Source: Entomortierella parvispora E1425 (Eukaryota; Fungi; Mortierellomycota). Taken from it: DNA of 64,000 bases. The notes under the pieces are model-generated. The model was given only the letters and a program-made list of their open reading frames with translations, did no database searches and had not been told where the DNA came from. The first letter of the stretch is position 1. The number at the start of each line of letters is the position of its first letter. The position numbers and the translations under genes were made by a program. Shown one piece after another: positions 57,192 to 64,000 of this stretch. Location of the stretch: the NCBI GenBank assembly GCA_020891255.1, contig BQFW01000012.1, positions 682,001 to 746,000 on the forward strand. The letters are read 5' to 3'.

Positions 57192-58545
57192 GGCCACGGT
57201 CACATTCTCTCCGTCTCTTGTCGTGAGTGTTTAGTCTCTTCTTTCCTTGCGGCAGGTTCGATGAAGAGAAGATAGGCGGGGTGGATGACTCTACGCAGAA
57301 ATGAAAAAGAAATATTAGAATGCAAGAGACTTAGAAAGAAAGAAACATATCTTGGGAGAGCCAAGGGCGAAAGAGCAAGGATGCTCACCTTCTAAGAAAA
57401 ACTACCAGCGAAGCAAGGAAGGAGCAAAAGGTCAAAAGAGCGCGAAGCAGTCGAGAGGAAGGGTGAATGAGCTGGAATGGAACGATGGAATGAAGAAGGG
57501 AATAAAGGACTGAATGCCAATGAAGACGAACGTGAAAAAGAAAAGAGGATTCTCCCATCATTCCTTCATTCACCCATTCCTCTCCTTCCTCCATCGACCT
57601 TTGAGCTCCCACCTCCATTTTCAGTCCTGTCCCTCTTTCTCTTTCTCTCTCTTTCTCTTTTTAACTTTCTTTCTCTTTTTAACTTTCTTTCTCCTTCCTC
57701 TCTCTTTCTCGCACTGCTTTCTGCACAACCGCTTCCAATGCATCCTCTAGACTCCCCCGTAACAAGCTGCATCGCGCAGGTCGCTGTTGACTGCCTGCTG
57801 GACACACGTTTCCATTCACCTCCGTCGAGCCGTGTGTCCTGCTCGTTCCTCTTTGCCGGCGTCTCCTTTTATGTGTTTTGTTGACTTTGTTTTCTTTCAG
57901 GAGATGAAAAAGGGCCATTTTTACTGCTCCTCTTCTCTTCTCACCGTCTGGCTGTTCTTTCTCCGTCACCCTTTGAATGATCAGCAACACACCATCTCAT
58001 ACTTTTTTTACATTTTGGTATGGTACTTTTTTTGTTTTTCCTTCTCGAAAAAAAAGGTTTTTTGTGTTGTGCCTGTTGGAGAACATTTCAGGCCCTTATT
58101 CCGAATCCCTTGAAGACAAAAAAAGGTCAACAACAATGACATCGTCGAGCATCTATTTGTTAGCGTCTTTCAGGGGAGGGTGAAGTGGAAAAGGATGAAG
58201 GGGACGATGGGGGTGAGACAGTGGTTGTGGTCCTGTTCCCAGTGCCCTCAATTGATCCCACAAAGCGTCGTTCGGAGCAACTGGAATAAAATCAAAGTGT
58301 CAGGAAAACGACGCGCCGTTTTTTCTACACGCGCGCGCGTTCAGACCCCAGCTTGGCTTGGGAAACATGCAGCCGGACATCAGGGCACAAAACATTTTTG
58401 TTTCTTTTGTTTTTATTGTTCAAATGGTGGAATGTGAATGCAAATGCGATAAATAGCTCTCCTCTCTTGGCTATTTCTCTTCTCTTCTTCTCTTCTTCTT
58501 CTTCATGCCTCTTTCGTATGTGGATACAAAGATAGCAATGGCTGC

Positions 58546-61500
58546 TTAAAACACGTTCTGGAGTTGCAACCTTGGAATAACGTTCATAGACTGAAGCTCC
58601 TGGAACAGCAGCTTGCAGGCGTAAGGGATCTGCATCTTGGCCATACCCTTGGAACTCTTGCAGTGTTGGCACCATCCGGCGTAACCCAACAGTCCACACT
58701 TCTCACACACATGGATCTCAAAGATATCTGACGAGATCATCAAACGCTCCAGCAACAACATACTGGCACCGTAACCGATCAGACAATCTATTTCCAAAAT
58801 AAATAAATAAATAAATAAAATCCACTGGGTTAGTAACCACTTTTGCCCAATTCCAACATGGCACAGACTCTTCATCTGTTAATTTTTTTTTCATTCTCTT
58901 TCGCTTACCTCTCTCCATCTCTCCGAGACGCAATCCTCCGTCCCTGGAACGACCCTCGGTAGGCTGTCTGGTCAGCACAGCACGCGGTCCACGCGAACGA
59001 GAATGCATCTTGTCCATAACCATGTGCTTCAACTTTTGATAGTAAACTGGGCCAAAGTAAATGTACGCTGACAATGGCTCTCCTGTCACACCGCTTGTCA
59101 CGTAATCCTTGCCAGAGTAGGAGAATCCGTTTTCGATCAAGATTCGACTCATGTCCTCCACCTTGGATCCTCCGAATGCCGTACCGTACTGCAGCTCACC
59201 CTTCAACACTCCAGCCTTGCCGGCCAATAACTCAATCATCTTTCCGACCGTCATACGGGATGGGAAACCGTGAGGGTTCATGATCACGTCGGGGCAGACA
59301 CCTAAATCCGAGAATGGCATATCCTCCTGCTGGATAATAATACCGCAGACTCCCTTTTGTCCGTGACGAGATGAAAACTTGTCTCCCAATTCTGGACGGC
59401 GAGTCTGTCGAATCAATGCCTTGATCAGTGTCTGGTCATTTTCTGTGGTCGTCATCAGCACCTTGTCCACGTAGCCCTCCATGGCACTCTTGTAGGACAT
59501 CGGCGCATTCTTGTAAGCATTTGCGGTAGCATCCCTCGCGTTAACTCCAATATCAGAGCTGGTGTTAGTCGGCATTTGCTTGTTGATGTAGACTTGTCCG
59601 GGCTTGATGCGCTCGCCCACAGATGCAATACCGTCCTTGTCAATAACCTCAAACTTTTCTTGGACAATGGTAGGGTCATCTGGATGAACTGGGGGGTCCG
59701 CCAGACGATCATAGCTTCCGTTAGCGTATTGGCGAAGGAGAGTGGCGTATTTGCGGAGAACTTGGCAACGACCATAACCGCGATCCAGCGAGGCTTTGTT
59801 CAGGACCAGGGCATCCTCAATATCGTATCCAGAGTTGGACATGACTGCGACGGTGGCGTTCTGACCAGCAGGCAACTTATCGTATCCAATCATCTCAATT
59901 GTCTTCGTCTTGACCATAGGCTGCTGAGGGTACACCATCAAATAGAGCAGAGTGTCGATACGGTTGAGCTGGTTATAGGCGATTGCACCAATAGCTTGTT
60001 TACCCATAGCACATTGGTAGGTGTTACGGGGAGACTGGTTGTGATGGGGGTAAGGAATTAGACCAGCAACGGCACCCAAAATCGTAAAGGGCTCAATCTC
60101 CACATGGGTTGACTCCGGAATAATCTCGCGCTCATAAAGGGCAATGTTGGAGTCACTCTCCTCATTGACGTCCAGGTACTCGATCAGTCCCATGCGCAAA
60201 AAGTCGTCAAAACTCAACTTGCCAGCAGACAACTGCTCGATGTGCTCAGTCTTGACACGGGGTCGACCGTTCTCGACAATGATCATAGGCCTGCAAATAC
60301 GACCACCATCGCATGAGATATGGACAGAGTTATGATGATCGCTGATAAAGATACTGACAAACTCGGAGATACGACCAGCTCTGCGCATGCGACGGAATGC
60401 AGACACGAATTGCTTGCTATGGCGCGTGATTCCGAGAATGTTTCCGTTCAGGAACACCATGAAGGTATCAGGCAAGTAGACTTCAGGGCCGGTCAAGAGA
60501 GAAACATCTAAGGTGGACAAAAAGACAGTGATATATGAGTACGGCTATGCCATAGACTCTTGAAGTCTGCTTCCATAAAATTCACATACCTTCAACACCA
60601 AGGATGAAAGCCAACTTGACAATAGGCTCCTCCTCATCATCGACTGTAATATGGGTCATCAAAGCCAAGTTCTTGACAAGACCACAGGCCTCTCCTTCTG
60701 GGGTATCAGAGGGACACAACATTCCCCACTGTGAAGGTTGCAAAGCTCTTGGACCGGAAACCTTTCTAGTCTTTTCGAACTGGGACGAAATACGGGTCAT
60801 CATTCCGAGGGCCGCAATGAAACTCAGGCGACTCAGAACTTGTGTGATACCAGCTCTTTCCATCTTGAAACGCTTCAAACTCCAGTTTCCTGATGAGATG
60901 GCACGAACGAATCCAGAAGTGATATGATCTCCATGGAAGAGCAATGTGTTGTACACATCGAATTCTTGTGTCCGGTTCGGCTTCTTCAAGACCTTATCAA
61001 TGTTCATCTTCAAATCGGTGTTAAACTTCTTGAACAAATCTTCAAACAAGAGTGACAGCAGTTGTCCAGCCCTATTGATGTAAAGACGAATATATATGAA
61101 CGGCCATTAGTTGTTACTTTCTGGTTGCCCCAACCATTATTCTCAAGTACACTGTCACTTTTTCGAGAACTTTACAGCTCAAGACGCTTATTTCCGACGT
61201 AATCACGATCGTCTACCAGGTCTCCGCGAAGCATGGCCATGACTACGCGACGGGTCATAACTGCAACATAGATGCACTTGGGTCTGAAGTTATTGTCATG
61301 AACCTCCACATGAGCCAGCACCACAGTGGCAAGAATATCGAGGGCTTCCTCCGACTATAAAAAACCACACGAAAAAACAACAGTATTGTTAGGCATGGAC
61401 AACGATTTCCATGACAAAGATTCTTGGCAAAAGCTCCCTGTAAAACGTACTGGTGGTCTGCGGATTCCAGGGCCGAAGGCGCGCTTGGGCGATTTGACCT

Positions 61501-62775
61501 TGGCACCAATGTAGTCCAATGCCTGTTGCTGTGTAAAAATCTTCTTCTGAGCACATTCTTCCAGATTGGGCGAGAACTTGTCGACGTATTTAGAGTCATG
61601 TCCGCAAACAAGCTGTGTGATTTCTTTGTCCGATTGCATTCCCATGGCCTTAAGCGCAATAACGATAGGGATATCGTCCGAGATGGAGTTATGCTTCAGG
61701 TAGATCTTTCCATGCTTGGTGCCAACATATGTCTTGGACTTGCGCTCCATGGTGGAACTATTTATGTAATGATAAAACAATGTTGTCAGAGTCATGTCTC
61801 CACAAAACAGAACTAACCGTCAACAAGAATATGCGGTGATTCACGTACCTAGTAACACCAGCCTGTACAAAGCCCTTACGATCCACATCGACAATGATAC
61901 GATTTTTAGACATCTGCTCCTGAACCAAAATGACCTTTTCTACACCCTTGACAACAAAGTATCCACCGGGGTCAAGAGGGCACTCGTTCATCCTGGCCAA
62001 CTCCAGCTCATTCTTGGCAGTGAGAACACAGTGCGAACTCCGAAGCATGATAGGCATGCGTCCGATGGGGACACCCTTTCTCCTGACAATTTGGCGACCA
62101 CGGACGTATTCAACATCAACATAAATGTTGGCAGAGTAGGTCAAATCACGAAGACGACACTCATGGGGGGTGTAAGATCTGTTCATAGCCTCCTGGTCTG
62201 GCCTTTCGGGTGCACCGACTCTGATTCCAGTGTATCTAGAGGTAAGAAAACGATGACCGAAATTAGTTGCTGAGGGTCTTGAAGGCGCGGCTGGTGTCCT
62301 GGCATGACTCATTCTTTGGTGTTTTTCTGTTTGCGCCTCGTTTGTTTTTGTTGTGTAAAGTCATGCAAAACAAGTGCACTTGGGCCCATTGCACTTACTT
62401 GAGATAGAAATGTGGGTCTACGTCCGACTTTACACGTTCGTTGGCCTTGATAATCTTCTCCAGGTCCACGTTGATGAAGTAGTTGAACGAATCGATGTGC
62501 TGCTTAACCAGACCCTTGACCTTCAAGAATGCAGGTAGCAGTTTCCATTTATCCTACAGAATTATGATAGATAGATCAGGCAACGTTGTATGAGTTCGGT
62601 GCTCCTTGTCTGATGAGCCTTCCTGGACAATGCTCGGCAAATCCTTGGTTACCTCAACGGTTGGAATAGGGTCAGCGAGTCCTTTGCCGCCAAACATGGC
62701 CTCGGCATGAGCCTGTGCATCCTTGATGCCCTTCTTGACATCGGCCTTGGCTTCTTCCAAGCTCTTTGAAATCAT
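58546..62775 (-). CDS. RET1: RNA polymerase III second-largest subunit (RPC2/RET1/POLR3B), multi-exon
   Basis: [130 protein letters not shown], and a C-terminal zinc motif CEKCG...CQHC...[11 protein letters not shown]. The [10 protein letters not shown] start and [10 protein letters not shown] segment are Pol III-type. Confidence 0.97.
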
Positions 62776-63678
62776 TTGTGAATTATGAGCAGGCAATGAC
62801 TGAGTCAAGCACGAGTAAGCGAATGAAAATGGAAGAACGACAGGACAAGAGAGGAAGTCCAATACCACAACAGGTCGGGAGTTGTTCGTTGAGGACGGTA
62901 TTAAAGGAGAGGAAAAAGTTTCGTCGACAAGGTTTTTGCCGCTGATATATCCCCTTGGCTGACTGACTGACTGGCCGAATGAAGGGATGGATGGATGAAC
63001 AAACGAACAAACAGACGAATGAATGAACGAACGACAAACGAGCGAGCAAGTGGACCGCAAGAAGGTCCCAGCTGCGCTTTTTTGTTTTGTTGTGCTCGTC
63101 GGACTGCTCTTTACCTCCCGTGACTGGCGGCGAGCACAAAACCGCTCGCTGGGAACATGCAGCTTGCTGGATTCTTTACCATTCCTATCTGGCGGGATCA
63201 CGTATACCTTGATGAGGTTTTCACTGACGAGGTATACTGCTGACACCATTCCGATACACACAAGCTCCACTCTCTGTAATGGGGAGTGGATGCTAATTTT
63301 TGGAACACCCGCCTTGAGCGGGTGCACTTTACATTTGCAACAAAAAAAAAAAAAAAAAAAAAGAAAGTCGAGAACTTAACCAGGGAGCCTGCTGTCAATT
63401 GAATGAAGAATTCTGAGGTCCACCACCATGATTTAAATGTTACAAACCTCACTGTCGATGGATCCATTTGCACGCCAAAGGCAGGTGATGGAGCCGTGAA
63501 GGCCCAAGGACCGAGAGCATCATGTCACGTGCTATAAATTCACAAGAACGCGACTGTGTCGCGCAGTCGGTCTGCACCATGCGATTGGCACTTGACGATA
63601 ACTGCGAGCCATGAATGAGTATTTTTATGTACAGTACAATGAAAAGGGATTTGCTATCTACAATGGGGGTTTGTGAGT

Positions 63679-64000
63679 TCAAGCCGGCAGGATCGTGGCC
63701 GTGTCAAGATCACTCAACCAAATCTCGTGCACGTGAATCGCTGACCCATGAGAATGGCCGTTGTTGCTGGCAACGCCACTGCTGCTGGGTCTGCTATCGA
63801 CACTGGCAGCATCTGTCAAACCATCATTGCTGCTGGTAGTTGCGCTGGTAGTTGAGCTGGAGCTGCCACTACTGCTGATACGACTCTCGGTACTGAGGGT
63901 TCGATAGAGATCATCCAAGCCAAGATTTCGGCGCTGATGGGGCTTCAGGAACAGATCCGCGTTCCAGTTGAATCCCTTACTGCAAAATGGGATAATGTAC
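63679..64000 (-). CDS. 3' end of an unidentified protein entering from beyond the window
   Basis: The frame is open from the window edge: YIIPFCSKGFNWNADLFLKPHQRRNLGLDDLYRTL...IHVHEIWLSDLDTATILPA*. Ordered motifs flank an S/T-rich linker. Confidence 0.65.
   Translation of the reverse strand, partial: YIIPFCSKGFNWNADLFLKPHQRRNLGLDDLYRTLSTESRISSSGSSSSTTSATTSSNDGLTDAASVDSRPSSSGVASNNGHSHGSAIHVHEIWLSDLDTATILPA

Noticed and set aside
1-64000. CRISPR arrays, rRNA or tRNA genes, LTR/LINE elements
   Set aside because: No repeat-spacer array, rRNA signature, cloverleaf, or RT/integrase/transposase ORF was seen by eye. Small ncRNAs such as snoRNAs could be missed without an Infernal/tRNAscan search.

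Overview
Eukaryotic nuclear DNA from an intron-bearing fungus. GT-AG introns are mostly 80-130 nt, with long poly-A/T tracts, CT microsatellites and polyQ-rich proteins. The gene families and style point to Mortierellaceae (Mucoromycota); this is an inference. The window holds about 19 protein-coding genes. Housekeeping genes: HAD hydrolase 3' end, RIM2-type mitochondrial carrier, VIP36-like L-type lectin, RNR2, KCH1-type K+ transporter, mitoribosomal mS41/FYV4, DIB1, a TPR protein, ERV25, a GLI/ZIC-like C2H2 factor, an NSRP1/CCDC55-like splicing factor and the RNA polymerase III subunit RPC2. Less ordinary content: (1) an intronless, bacterial-type homodimeric glycyl-tRNA synthetase (glyQS type) with altered motif-2 residues, head-to-head with a fungal splicing-factor gene; (2) three members of a large-protein family with a shared N-terminal domain (same phase-2 intron), a Cys/His core resembling the C-terminal extension of Roco proteins and degenerate LRR-like C-termini, two of them a diverged tandem pair; (3) a bacterial-looking GNAT acetyltransferase with three introns; (4) a CENP-B/pogo-derived DNA-binding protein without a DDE domain. 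No rRNA, tRNA, CRISPR array or intact transposon was found. All family assignments come from motif recognition by eye; no database search was run.
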